DNA of 41,820 nucleotides from a virus: UHGV virus genome UHGV-1357484; one strand, 5' to 3'. Shown piece by piece: positions 7,437 to 15,893 of this stretch (position 1 is its first letter; each line of letters starts with the position of its first letter). The notes under the pieces were generated by a model. It saw only the letters and a program-made list of their open reading frames with translations, ran no database searches and was not told where the DNA came from. The position numbers and the translations under genes were made by a program.

Positions 7437-8288
7437 TTATTTAAGTGGTGGCTTTGTATCATCAAATAAAGCCGTCTGTTCGTCTGTTTGATCATTCGAT
7501 TGATCAATAATAGTCTCTGCTTCTTTTCTTTCTGAAGTATCTTCTTCTACTTCAGTCTCAGAAATGATGCTGCCATCTTCTGTAACATCATTAACAATCG
7601 TTTCGTCAGTAATCGTCGCTTTCTGCATCTCAATAGATAATATTCCCCATTTAGAAAGCATATTTCGTAATACTGTCTTCTTGGCCATAGCATCGTAATC
7701 GTTTTTCCATCCAAAATCTGATTTGCTAAACTTCTGTTTGTGCCGTTCGATTTCTTGCTTCGTCCAATAAACAGTCTTTTTGAATCCGTTTAGTAACTCA
7801 AAATATCCTACATAACCGATTACCTGATTTGACTGTCGTCCGCTTTGATCAAACTCAAATTCTTCTGTTAGACGATTCCAACCTTTCAATTCACCTTCAT
7901 AGACTTCAATCACATTAAGTGCTTTATACTGTCCTGATCGTTGGGCTAATTGAATGTATCCTTTGTATCCGAGCTGAAATTGAGCTTTTCCACGATAAGG
8001 AACGATCCATGCATAACCTAAATTTTTATCTACAGGTAAATCTAATGATGCTGCTACCATTGCACTAGTTATAATGCTCATAGGTTCTACTGAAGATAAA
8101 TAGGAATCATTGCTTACTAAATTAAGAACACTGGCCATAAAACCATCTGACTTATCTTTTAATACATCTTCAAATTTTTTTCGCATCGTCGGCGTATTCA
8201 TTAATGCTTTCAGACCCAATTTGCTTGGATTAACTTGCTTCTGACTATTTTCTGCAAGCTGATTTTTTAACGAACTGTTCGTTGCCAT
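7437..8288 (-). CDS. recT: RecT family single-strand annealing recombinase
   Basis: RecT-like core NLGYAWIVPYRGKAQFQLGYKGYIQLAQRSGQYK. Start set at ATG 8288 with an AAGGAG RBS; the ORF track extends it to 8309. Confidence 0.75.
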   Translation of the reverse strand: MATNSSLKNQLAENSQKQVNPSKLGLKALMNTPTMRKKFEDVLKDKSDGFMASVLNLVSNDSYLSSVEPMSIITSAMVAASLDLPVDKNLGYAWIVPYRGKAQFQLGYKGYIQLAQRSGQYKALNVIEVYEGELKGWNRLTEEFEFDQSGRQSNQVIGYVGYFELLNGFKKTVYWTKQEIERHKQKFSKSDFGWKNDYDAMAKKTVLRNMLSKWGILSIEMQKATITDETIVNDVTEDGSIISETEVEEDTSERKEAETIIDQSNDQTDEQTALFDDTKPPLK

Positions 8289-8289
8289 A

Positions 8290-9231
8290 TTAGCCAATCT
8301 CCTTTTCAACTAATTTTTTATAACTTGATGTTTTGTATATGCTGGAATCATTTGCAACTTCAGGGTATTTCTCAGTCAATAGTTTCTTGTCTAATGTCAT
8401 TCTATTTTGTTGTTTCCAAGAGATGACATGTTTAGGAGAAATCCCTATTACTGCATTCCTTTTCCCTAGCTCTGATTTAATTTGATTATCAATTTCTTGT
8501 ATTTGGATCTTGATTGATTTTTCAGTTTCTTTTAGTTGCTTTTTACTTTCAATTAATTCATCAAAATGATTTGAAAGAGTAATTTCGTTCAATCCTTCTT
8601 CGTTATAATGAGCATTCAAGAATTTTTTAGTGGCATCACTGCCATCAATAGATGGTTCTATGCCTTTAATTACATTTTCTTCCCAAAATCCAATTAAGCG
8701 TTTGGTGATTGAGTCAATCAATTCTTGATCTCGTTCAATGCGTTTCCAGATGAATTTTTGACCACCGATCAATACAGCAAAATAGCAATAATCTCTATCA
8801 AGAACATTCATATAATGTTGTACTTGACACAGATAACTAAGCGGGACTTCCTCACCATCCCATTCTTTGCTAAGAAATTGATTCGCTGTTTTGCACTCCA
8901 ATATCGCTTTTTCTCCTACTACATCACGATCAATATTCGCTCTAAGAAATGGATATTCTGGATGTTCAAATACTTGATTACGCCGACGGACTTTTTTTCC
9001 AGTCCGCACGGCGAATTCTTTTGCTACAACCTCTTCCAAAACCGTTCCCCAATAAGCTGGCTCGCTGTCTGATTCAGATAATCCAACCTGTCCTGTTTTT
9101 TCTAACCAAATTTGATAGGCAGATTTCCATTTATTTAATCCCATAATGGCTGCTACATCTGAACCGCCTATTCCTTTTCTGCGGTCTAACAACCAATCTA
9201 TACGAGCCATTTTCATTATTGAACTAATCAT
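8290..9231 (-). CDS. YqaJ-like PD-(D/E)XK viral exonuclease, partner of RecT
   Basis: RKGIGGSDVAAIMGLNKWKSAYQIWLEKTG is typical of the YqaJ family. Start at ATG 9231 with a GGAGGGA RBS; the long ORF extends to 9285. Confidence 0.7.
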   Translation of the reverse strand: MISSIMKMARIDWLLDRRKGIGGSDVAAIMGLNKWKSAYQIWLEKTGQVGLSESDSEPAYWGTVLEEVVAKEFAVRTGKKVRRRNQVFEHPEYPFLRANIDRDVVGEKAILECKTANQFLSKEWDGEEVPLSYLCQVQHYMNVLDRDYCYFAVLIGGQKFIWKRIERDQELIDSITKRLIGFWEENVIKGIEPSIDGSDATKKFLNAHYNEEGLNEITLSNHFDELIESKKQLKETEKSIKIQIQEIDNQIKSELGKRNAVIGISPKHVISWKQQNRMTLDKKLLTEKYPEVANDSSIYKTSSYKKLVEKEIG

Positions 9232-9336
9232 CAGCCCATCCCTCCATGTTCTCTGGCTTATCTTCTGCCCCTGATTGAGTAACATTTATGAAAACGTGGC
9301 TATCAGGATCAGCCATTGCAGTGTCATAATCGAAAC

Positions 9337-9666
9337 TCATTCGAATTCACCTTTCCTAATACGTTCAAGGACATCTGGAATATCGTTTACATCATTAAGA
9401 ACAAAGGTATGATCGGGCATAGTTTTCCCCGTTTCCATCCCCAATGCCTCTAATCCTGCATTCCTTAATAGTTTCACGGGAACCAGTAACTCGTTGTCTA
9501 ATTCACTTTCTTGAATCGCTAAGAGTGCAGCTACATCGGGTAATCCACCAACAAGCAGTTGTAAAGCATTCGCTTCTTTATGGAGTGTACAAAGTGCTGA
9601 TACACCTTCCTTTTCACATTCCCGTTGTAATTCCTTTAACATTCGTTGAATTTTCTCGTTAATCAT
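9337..9666 (-). CDS. Hypothetical phage protein
   Basis: 109-aa ORF in the recombination module. Confidence 0.5.
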   Translation of the reverse strand: MINEKIQRMLKELQRECEKEGVSALCTLHKEANALQLLVGGLPDVAALLAIQESELDNELLVPVKLLRNAGLEALGMETGKTMPDHTFVLNDVNDIPDVLERIRKGEFE

Positions 9667-9739
9667 GTTATTCTCTCCTTAGATAGGTAATCCTTTTATT
9701 CGCTCGCTTATGATCGTTGAATCAGGGCGAGTTTTTGGG

Positions 9740-10483
9740 TTACGCAATAATTGTTAAACTTCCACTATCAATCAATTCTTTTAATTCATTTACTAAATAC
9801 TGACTCACGTTTTCCATTGCTTCGTGCTTCCAAATGCCGCCATCAGCTTCAAATAGAGCACATTCACCCAGTCTATTAATTCTAAAAACAAAAGGACTGG
9901 ATGGTTGTTCCACTTCTAAAAATGTCCGATATGGTCTCAATTCTGCTGGGCTTGGTACTTCTGCTTGCATAAGCGTCGCTGCACCTTCTTTAACAGTCAC
10001 CGTTTGAGAAATTCCGTTGTCTGTTAAATCGCCGCCACCTTCAATTCGAATAGAACTTGCACATGCCAAAATTGCTTCTGCGTCAAGATCACGTTGGATT
10101 AATGATTGAACATTGATAATAAAATCTTCGGAATTCATGAAACGACCATACGGAAATTTATCTAGCAACGCTGTTGCTTCAATTACACTTTCACGTTTTC
10201 GATCATCGTCCAATTCAGAATAAATCACTACTTTTGTTGGGCCTTCTACATGCAACAATAATTTTTTATCATTCTCCATCGAACGAAATTCTGATTTCAT
10301 ATAATCAACCAAACCTGATAAGGAATTAACCTCCAATGGTTCCGCTCTTTTTATTGGACTTAATTCAGCTAGTGTTGCCTTGTTCCGATCATAGAAAGTT
10401 TTCCCATCTTCATAAAAAATTACATCTTGTTTTTCCCGAAGCTCAACTGCATACTCTAAAGCTTCTCTACTTGTTTCTGTCAT
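9740..10483 (-). CDS. Hypothetical phage protein (247 aa) of the recombination module
   Basis: ORF with an AGGAG RBS. No recognizable motif. Confidence 0.5.
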   Translation of the reverse strand: MTETSREALEYAVELREKQDVIFYEDGKTFYDRNKATLAELSPIKRAEPLEVNSLSGLVDYMKSEFRSMENDKKLLLHVEGPTKVVIYSELDDDRKRESVIEATALLDKFPYGRFMNSEDFIINVQSLIQRDLDAEAILACASSIRIEGGGDLTDNGISQTVTVKEGAATLMQAEVPSPAELRPYRTFLEVEQPSSPFVFRINRLGECALFEADGGIWKHEAMENVSQYLVNELKELIDSGSLTIIA

Positions 10484-10495
10484 AAAAGATCACTC

Positions 10496-10909
10496 CTAAT
10501 TCGTTTTAAATTTTTTTATTTTCTCAGTTTCTTGGATTTTTTCAATCTCAGTAACTGGCGTTCCTTTATCATCTTTTAGTTCTGAATCTTCTGGATCAAA
10601 ATACATTTGGCCTCGCTGTCCACTTTTCAATTCGTTTGTCACAACTTCACCTTTTGCATTTTTCCCAATAAGCACTCTTGAAGATACATTCTCTCGTGGC
10701 GCAAGTTTGGATTTAATTTGACAATCAAACACCATATCTTCACGATATTCATCAGATAAAACAGTAATATCAATTGTGATCTTTCGCTTCTTATCTGGGT
10801 CTGTATTTGGGTCTAAGATGTTTTTTGTTACCTGTTCCAATTCAAAATCGAACCGTTCTTGAAGCGCTCCTTCGTTCAACTCACTCAGCAGAACTTTGTT
10901 TTTAACCAA
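10496..10909 (-). CDS. Hypothetical phage protein (137 aa)
   Basis: TTG start after an AGGAGGTAGGAG RBS. Confidence 0.5.
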   Translation of the reverse strand: MVKNKVLLSELNEGALQERFDFELEQVTKNILDPNTDPDKKRKITIDITVLSDEYREDMVFDCQIKSKLAPRENVSSRVLIGKNAKGEVVTNELKSGQRGQMYFDPEDSELKDDKGTPVTEIEKIQETEKIKKFKTN

Positions 10910-10974
10910 TTACTCCTACCTCCTATTTAAAAAATGTGATATACTTCCGTGTAGATAGACTTATTAACCTTTGC

Positions 10975-11166
10975 TTACTTCGGTTGCCGCCGAGGTAGGC
11001 TTTTTTGTTGTTCATACTCGAACTCTGCCATCAAAAGTAAGTAGCCGCCACCTCCAGCAATTAAAATGAATTTGATCCATGTAGGCGTTACTCCTGTCGC
11101 TGCAGCTCCGACTCCGAACATTGTAATAAGTAGCAATAATCGTCGTAGCCAATAGATTTTTTTCAT
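10975..11166 (-). CDS. Small membrane protein with two predicted TM helices
   Basis: 63 aa: LLLLITMFGVGAAATGV...FILIAGGGGYLLLMA. Confidence 0.45.
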   Translation of the reverse strand: MKKIYWLRRLLLLITMFGVGAAATGVTPTWIKFILIAGGGGYLLLMAEFEYEQQKSLPRRQPK

Positions 11167-11267
11167 TTCCAGTTTCCTTTCTGTTGTATACTTTCCTTAT
11201 CAGCAAGTGGCCTGCTGAAATAACTGATTCCTACTCTAGGATTTGTAAGTATAGGAGATACTGATGA

Positions 11268-11495
11268 TTAACCGCGATCGATAATTCCTTTAGCGTACCC
11301 TTGTAAATAGCTTATTTGTACACCTAAGTTGGAACGTTCTTTATCAGTCATTCCAATTTTTTCTCCTAAGCCATTCAAATAAAAACAAATACCAACTAAT
11401 AGATTCATACAATCCTCTACAGAAGCATCATTTTCTTTCAAAAAATGTTCAGCTTCTGTTTTGCTTTTTAATACTTTTTTGTTAAATTCTGTCAT
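11268..11495 (-). CDS. Hypothetical phage protein
   Basis: 75-aa ORF with a GGAGG RBS. Confidence 0.5.
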   Translation of the reverse strand: MTEFNKKVLKSKTEAEHFLKENDASVEDCMNLLVGICFYLNGLGEKIGMTDKERSNLGVQISYLQGYAKGIIDRG

Positions 11496-11566
11496 TTTGG
11501 TTCCTCCTTTGTTTTTTGTTCATCCCACCTCGTTTGATATAATCAGACTGATTGGAGGTGAAAAGT

Positions 11567-11728
11567 ATGAGTGTTGATGCTGAAAAATTTGCTCAATCTG
11601 TAGTTTCTTCTTCTGACTCAAAACTTGATCTACAGGAAAAATTAAACATGTATATCGAAGCTAAGAAACTTGCAGAGGAATTTAACCAGCGTGATGAGAA
11701 TAATTCGAGTACGTTTATACCTTACTAA
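11567..11728 (+). CDS. Small acidic protein (53 aa) on the opposite strand, with its own extended -10 promoter
   Basis: TTTGATATAAT (TGnTATAAT type) at 11533-11543. GGAGGTG RBS 7 nt before ATG 11567. Sequence MSVDAEKFAQSVVSSSDSKLDLQEKLNMYIEAKKLAEEFNQRDENNSSTFIPY. The end overlaps the convergent gene 11725..11952 by 4 nt. Confidence 0.5.
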   Translation: MSVDAEKFAQSVVSSSDSKLDLQEKLNMYIEAKKLAEEFNQRDENNSSTFIPY

Positions 11729-11952
11729 CTATTAAGAACCTTCATCGACTCGATAAGCCCTGAAACTGCTGCAACAGTTTTTGGGTTTTTCTTTTTCTTA
11801 GCGTAATCAATTACCTCTGCTAGGTATTCGTTTAGAGCCACTACATTTTCTCTGTCAATTAACGAGGTAACCCGATTGCCATTGCTTAACAAGTTCAATT
11901 CTTTGCCATTTTCTTTTTCCATCCTCTTCACCTCCTCGTGTGGTTGATTCAT
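11725..11952 (-). CDS. Hypothetical phage protein (75 aa from the internal start)
   Basis: AAGGAGG RBS 7 nt before ATG at 11952. The track ORF extends to 11991. Confidence 0.5.
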   Translation of the reverse strand: MNQPHEEVKRMEKENGKELNLLSNGNRVTSLIDRENVVALNEYLAEVIDYAKKKKNPKTVAAVSGLIESMKVLNS

Positions 11953-11971
11953 TTTGTTGCCTCCTTTATTT

Positions 11972-12280
11972 TTAGTAGTCAGGCAAATCATCGAATAGTC
12001 TGTCTAAGAATAGCCGAATCTTTTCAGCGTCAAAAATCCATTTACCATCTGTATCTCTTTTAGCCAATTTGTTATTTCTTACGTATGGATCATAAACAAT
12101 GTATTCCATTATCCATGCTCTCTTCCGTCGTGTGATTTTTTCCATATCGGCAATCGTTAACCACTCTGGACGCAAAAATTGGTCAAAGAGTTCTCTGATA
12201 TACTCTTTTGCGTATTTTTCCATGTACTGGTTATCGAATTGGATATTGACGGATACAGGAATTTCCGGTTGTTGTATCAT
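11972..12280 (-). CDS. Hypothetical phage protein (102 aa)
   Basis: Its start lies in the duplicated junction cassette (aacaggaggtgtaaacATG). Confidence 0.5.
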   Translation of the reverse strand: MIQQPEIPVSVNIQFDNQYMEKYAKEYIRELFDQFLRPEWLTIADMEKITRRKRAWIMEYIVYDPYVRNNKLAKRDTDGKWIFDAEKIRLFLDRLFDDLPDY

Positions 12281-12282
12281 GT

Positions 12283-12462
12283 TTACACCTCCTGTTTTAC
12301 ATTTGCGTATTTTCGATCAATATCTAAGTTGTGGTATTCATCAAGTATCCATAAAATATAAGAATTCCGACTCATACCCTTTTTCTTTGCTTTTTCATCA
12401 ATTTTGTCAAACAATTCTTTGGGTAGTCTCAATGTAAATCTTATTTTCTTCGATTGCGTCAT
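12283..12462 (-). CDS. Ribbon-helix-helix (CopG/Arc-like) DNA-binding protein, 59 aa
   Basis: MTQSKKIRFTLRLPKELFDKIDEKAKKKGMSRNSYILWIL. AGAGGTG RBS 8 nt before ATG 12462. The C-terminal 14 aa and the 3' 44 bp are identical to those of the Cro-like gene. Confidence 0.55.
   Translation of the reverse strand: MTQSKKIRFTLRLPKELFDKIDEKAKKKGMSRNSYILWILDEYHNLDIDRKYANVKQEV
12284..12327. repeat. Perfect 44-bp direct repeat, copy 1 (TACACCTCCTGTTTTACATTTGCGTATTTTCGATCAATATCTAA)
   Basis: Identical to 12941..12984. It encodes the shared C-terminus DIDRKYANVKQEV, then the RBS and start of the next gene. Confidence 0.8.
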
Positions 12463-12584
12463 AATTGCGTCACCTCTTTCTGAGACAACTATATCATTGC
12501 GTCACTTTTTCGTCAATATTTATTTTGATGTTTTTTTAGTGGTACAATAGTGACATCAAATATACGTCAGAAGGTGGTGTTACT

Positions 12585-12752
12585 ATGGCTAGCATTTTAC
12601 CAAGATACACATTAAGAATTCCCGAAGATAAACTTGCGAAAATCCGTTATATCGCCGAAGTTGAAGGTCGTTCTGCAAATAAAGAAATAGAACGACTTAT
12701 TGACAAGCATATTTTGGAATTTGAAAAAAACAATGGTAAAATAAAATTGTAA
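12585..12752 (+). CDS. Ribbon-helix-helix (Arc-like) protein, 55 aa, on the plus strand
   Basis: MASILPRYTLRIPEDKLAKIRYIAEVEGRSANKEIERLIDKHI. GAAGGTGG RBS. A TGgTACAAT extended -10 lies at 12538-12548. Confidence 0.55.
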   Translation: MASILPRYTLRIPEDKLAKIRYIAEVEGRSANKEIERLIDKHILEFEKNNGKIKL

Positions 12753-12753
12753 T

Positions 12754-12936
12754 TTAATTTATTTCGCTGAGAATGGATAGGAAATACTTGTTGAGAGGTA
12801 TTCCAATTTTCTCAGCTCTTTTTTTATATTTCTCATGTTGCTCTGGTGTGAATAAGATAGTGATTCTTTCTGTATCTTGTCGGAGCGTTGTTTGTTTCGT
12901 GCTCTGCACGACTTTATCTGGAATGTTTAACTGCAT
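12754..12936 (-). CDS. Ribbon-helix-helix (CopG-like) protein, 60 aa
   Basis: ITILFTPEQHEKYKKRAEKIGIPLNKYFLSILSEIN. The start lies in the second copy of the junction cassette. Confidence 0.55.
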   Translation of the reverse strand: MQLNIPDKVVQSTKQTTLRQDTERITILFTPEQHEKYKKRAEKIGIPLNKYFLSILSEIN

Positions 12937-12939
12937 GAG

Positions 12940-13158
12940 TTACACCTCCTGTTTTACATTTGCGTATTTTCGATCAATATCTAAAAAGTCCGCGATTTTC
13001 AACTTATAAAAATCTGCTTTTTCACCGCGCTGATAGCCTTCGATAATTTGACGAGCATAAACAGATGATGTACCGATATGTTCAGCAATGTCTTTCAACT
13101 GAATATGCTTGCGTTTCATCATAACTTCTGCCAATTCTGCAAAATCCGTCACATACAT
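12940..13158 (-). CDS. cro: Cro-like XRE-family HTH regulator
   Basis: 72 aa with HTH IQLKDIAEHIGTSSVYARQIIEG. Divergent from the repressor gene at 13437. Confidence 0.65.
   Translation of the reverse strand: MYVTDFAELAEVMMKRKHIQLKDIAEHIGTSSVYARQIIEGYQRGEKADFYKLKIADFLDIDRKYANVKQEV
12941..12984. repeat. Perfect 44-bp direct repeat, copy 2
   Basis: Identical to 12284..12327. Confidence 0.8.
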
Positions 13159-13436
13159 ATGATTACCTCCTTCATTTAAATGGAAGCTAGTTAATAAATT
13201 AGCTAAAAATCGTTGACTTTTTTAAAGATATCTGTAGAATGAAGATATAGCTAAACAAGACTATAGAAAGTCCGTTTTAACCTTTTATCCGTCGCCAAAC
13301 GTTGAGGTTAGTTGCTACACTATTCTTATGTCTTTTTTAAGCTGACTAACTAGCTTATGAACATAGTATATTAAAGATTTTTGTAGATGTCAATAATTAT
13401 CTTTAATTTTTTTCTTAAGCATAAAGGAGCAGCCTT
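13159..13436. promoter_or_regulatory. Genetic-switch intergenic region between cro and the repressor, with inverted repeats and promoter-like elements
   Basis: AAGCTAGTTA at about 13185 and TAACTAGCTT at about 13336 form an inverted pair. TTGACT-N17-TAGAAT sits at 13212-13240. The region is AT-rich. Confidence 0.45.
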
Positions 13437-13874
13437 ATGACAATTTTTGAACGAGTAAAAATGTTAGCTGATAAACAACACATTTCAATTGTTGAACTTG
13501 AAGAGAAATTAAACTTTAGTAGGAATTCACTGTATTCTTGGAAAAAGAACAAGCCATCAGTCGATAAATTAAATGCTGTTGCCGACTACTTTGGAGTAAC
13601 AACAGATTATTTATTAGGACGCACCGACACGCCACAGTTCACAGCTAGAAATGAACGAGATGTGCAAAAAATGCTTACCGAATTAAAAGATGGCCTAAGT
13701 AATGAGCACACTCTTGCGTACTTGAAAAACGATGGAGAAGAAATCGACGAGGAAGATGCGGAACTGTTAGCAGAAGCCTTGGACTTTGTCGTTCGTCAAT
13801 CCAAGTTGATTGCCAAAAAGAAATTCACTAGAAAAGATTATCGAAAAGATAATCACGATGATCTGCTCCAGTGA
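13437..13874 (+). CDS. CI-like XRE-family repressor (ImmR-type, no S24 peptidase domain)
   Basis: N-terminal HTH ISIVELEEKLNFSRNSLYSWKKNK followed by an acidic C-terminus. ImmA follows immediately. Confidence 0.7.
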   Translation: MTIFERVKMLADKQHISIVELEEKLNFSRNSLYSWKKNKPSVDKLNAVADYFGVTTDYLLGRTDTPQFTARNERDVQKMLTELKDGLSNEHTLAYLKNDGEEIDEEDAELLAEALDFVVRQSKLIAKKKFTRKDYRKDNHDDLLQ

Positions 13875-13887
13875 GGTGTCTCTTCCG

Positions 13888-14367
13888 ATGTCGAAGCATT
13901 CAATTAGAAAACGTACTCATTCTTTGATAAAAAAATACGAAACCACTGACCCATTTGAATTATGCGGTCACTTAGGAATCTATGTTTTTAAAAAGGACTT
14001 AGGAAAAAATATACTGGGGCTTCGTACAATATTAAATCGTGCTCCAATTATTCTTCTCAATAGTAGAAACACGGAAGAGGAAGAAAGACCTGTTTGTCTT
14101 CATGAATTGGGCCATCATTGTTGCGGTCACAAAAACAATGCAGATAAACTTACTAAAGATAACATGCGCTTTATCGCCCAAGGAGAAGAATTTGAGGCCA
14201 ATTTCTTTATGGTTTCAGTTCTCACCTATGGCGCCAATATAGCAGAATACCCAACAAAAGATTCTTTAATGAAACATCGTGGCATCCCTAAATGGGCAGA
14301 ACGTTACGTGGACTGGAAATACTTAAAAGAAACAGCAGATTTCAATAGCTTTGACAGCTATTATTAA
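13888..14367 (+). CDS. immA: ImmA/IrrE family metallo-endopeptidase (anti-repressor protease)
   Basis: HEXXH motif within LHELGHHCCGH. GAGGTG RBS before ATG 13888. The track ORF starts at 13810 and overlaps the repressor gene. Confidence 0.7.
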   Translation: MSKHSIRKRTHSLIKKYETTDPFELCGHLGIYVFKKDLGKNILGLRTILNRAPIILLNSRNTEEEERPVCLHELGHHCCGHKNNADKLTKDNMRFIAQGEEFEANFFMVSVLTYGANIAEYPTKDSLMKHRGIPKWAERYVDWKYLKETADFNSFDSYY

Positions 14368-14415
14368 TTTTTTATCATTTTTACCGAACGTACGTTCATT
14401 AAGGAGGTTTTGCAA

Positions 14416-15543
14416 ATGGCAAGTATAAAACAACAACCAAATGGAAAATGGCGTTATCGAGTGCGCTATAAAGAAAATGGGAAGTTTAGAGAAGTATCGA
14501 AAAGCGGGTTCCGAACAAAACGGGATGCACAGTCAGCAGCAAACGAGATTGAATCGAAAATTTCAGACGGACTAAGCATTTGCGACAGTAATATGCTTCT
14601 GCGAGATTACTTAGAAATATGGCTCGAACTGAAGAAAAAACAAGTTAAAAAGTCTACTCTACTCAAAATTAATCGTTCTTTTCGGCTTTATGTATTACCT
14701 AGATTCGGACTTACTAAAATAGTAAATATAAAAAGACTTGATTGTGTTCAATGGATTAATAAAATGTGTGAGTCACTAAATGTAGACTCAGTGAAATCCT
14801 ACGCTGCTCCTTTTAGCAATGCGCTAGAAGATGCAGTTAATGAATATAAGATTATTAATGCTAACCCAATGAAAAACATTAAGTATCCACGATCCAAAAA
14901 GAGGCAAAAAGTTATTAAATTTTTTGAATTGGACGAACTAAAGAGGCTATTAGAGGTATCTGAGAATTTAAAAGAGAATTACCATCATTCTAATTATCAA
15001 TATTTCGTTTTGACTACTCTTTTATCCAGAACGGGTTTAAGACTTGGGGAAGCACTAGCACTAAACTGGGATGATATTGATAAAAACAATTTATCAGTAA
15101 CAAAAACACTCTATCGAGAAAATGGACAAGATTTCATCACTTCCCCTAAAACAGAATCTAGTTATCGTGTTATTGCGTTAGACCATAAAACATCCGATTT
15201 ACTAAAATCTTTGAAAATCAAAAAAATGAAAGTAAGTTTAAGCAATGAAAATTACAAATTTAATAAAGAGCTGATCTTTTCAGATTACACTGGTTCTCCT
15301 TTAAAGCAATCGAGTTACCGTACCTACTTCTACAAAATATGTAAATTAGCGAACGTGCCAATTTTGTCTCCACATGCTTTGAGACATTCTCACGCCGTTC
15401 ATCTTTTAGAAAGCGGAGCTAATATAAAATATGTTTCTGAACGATTAGGACACGCGACAATTAATATGACGGCAAATGTCTACTTACACATCTCTAAAAA
15501 AATTGAACGAGACGCCATCACTATGTATGAAAAATACTTCTAA
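14416..15543 (+). CDS. int: Tyrosine site-specific integrase
   Basis: N-terminal SAM-like domain plus C-terminal catalytic motifs (HALRHSHAVHLLESGANIKYVSERLGHATINMTANVYLH). AAGGAGG RBS. Confidence 0.85.
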   Translation: MASIKQQPNGKWRYRVRYKENGKFREVSKSGFRTKRDAQSAANEIESKISDGLSICDSNMLLRDYLEIWLELKKKQVKKSTLLKINRSFRLYVLPRFGLTKIVNIKRLDCVQWINKMCESLNVDSVKSYAAPFSNALEDAVNEYKIINANPMKNIKYPRSKKRQKVIKFFELDELKRLLEVSENLKENYHHSNYQYFVLTTLLSRTGLRLGEALALNWDDIDKNNLSVTKTLYRENGQDFITSPKTESSYRVIALDHKTSDLLKSLKIKKMKVSLSNENYKFNKELIFSDYTGSPLKQSSYRTYFYKICKLANVPILSPHALRHSHAVHLLESGANIKYVSERLGHATINMTANVYLHISKKIERDAITMYEKYF

Positions 15544-15545
15544 TA

Positions 15546-15776
15546 TTTTTGTGGCAAATTTGTGGCAAACACATCAACCAGCACATAAGAAACGCTGATT
15601 TAAAAGCATTTATAGATACATACGCCATTTGGTTGATGAACCGCATGGCGTATTATAGCATATCATGGTTAGATAAGAAACATTGATATACCAACGTTTA
15701 TCTGAATTTGTTATTTGTCTAATTTCTTTTTATTCGCTTAGCTTTTCATTTTTTTGTGGCAACTTTGTGGCAAGTA
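15546..15776. repeat. attP-like region with four TTTGTGGCAA repeats. TTTTTGTGGCAAATTTGTGGCAAAC is at 15546-15570 and TTTTTGTGGCAACTTTGTGGCAAGT is at 15752-15776. Internal inverted repeats are present.
   Basis: Read directly. It lies immediately 3' of int, where integrase arm-type sites and the attP core are expected. Inverted repeats CATCAACCA/TGGTTGATG and ACGCCAT/ATGGCGT lie between the copies. Confidence 0.45.
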
Positions 15777-15893
15777 TGCTGTAATTGGTAAAATCAAAAT
15801 TATGGCAGTTTTCGAAAAGTTGCCTGTTCAATTTCTTTAGTTGAATGGTAAAATGATTATGAAAAATTTATTTTGAAGAAAGAAGGGGAAATT

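Noticed and set aside
12099-12437. Plus-strand ORFs 12099..12437 and 12773..13009 with identical C-terminal peptides
   Set aside because: The shared ending is a by-product of the 44-bp direct repeat read on the non-coding strand. Both ORFs are antisense to supported minus-strand genes.
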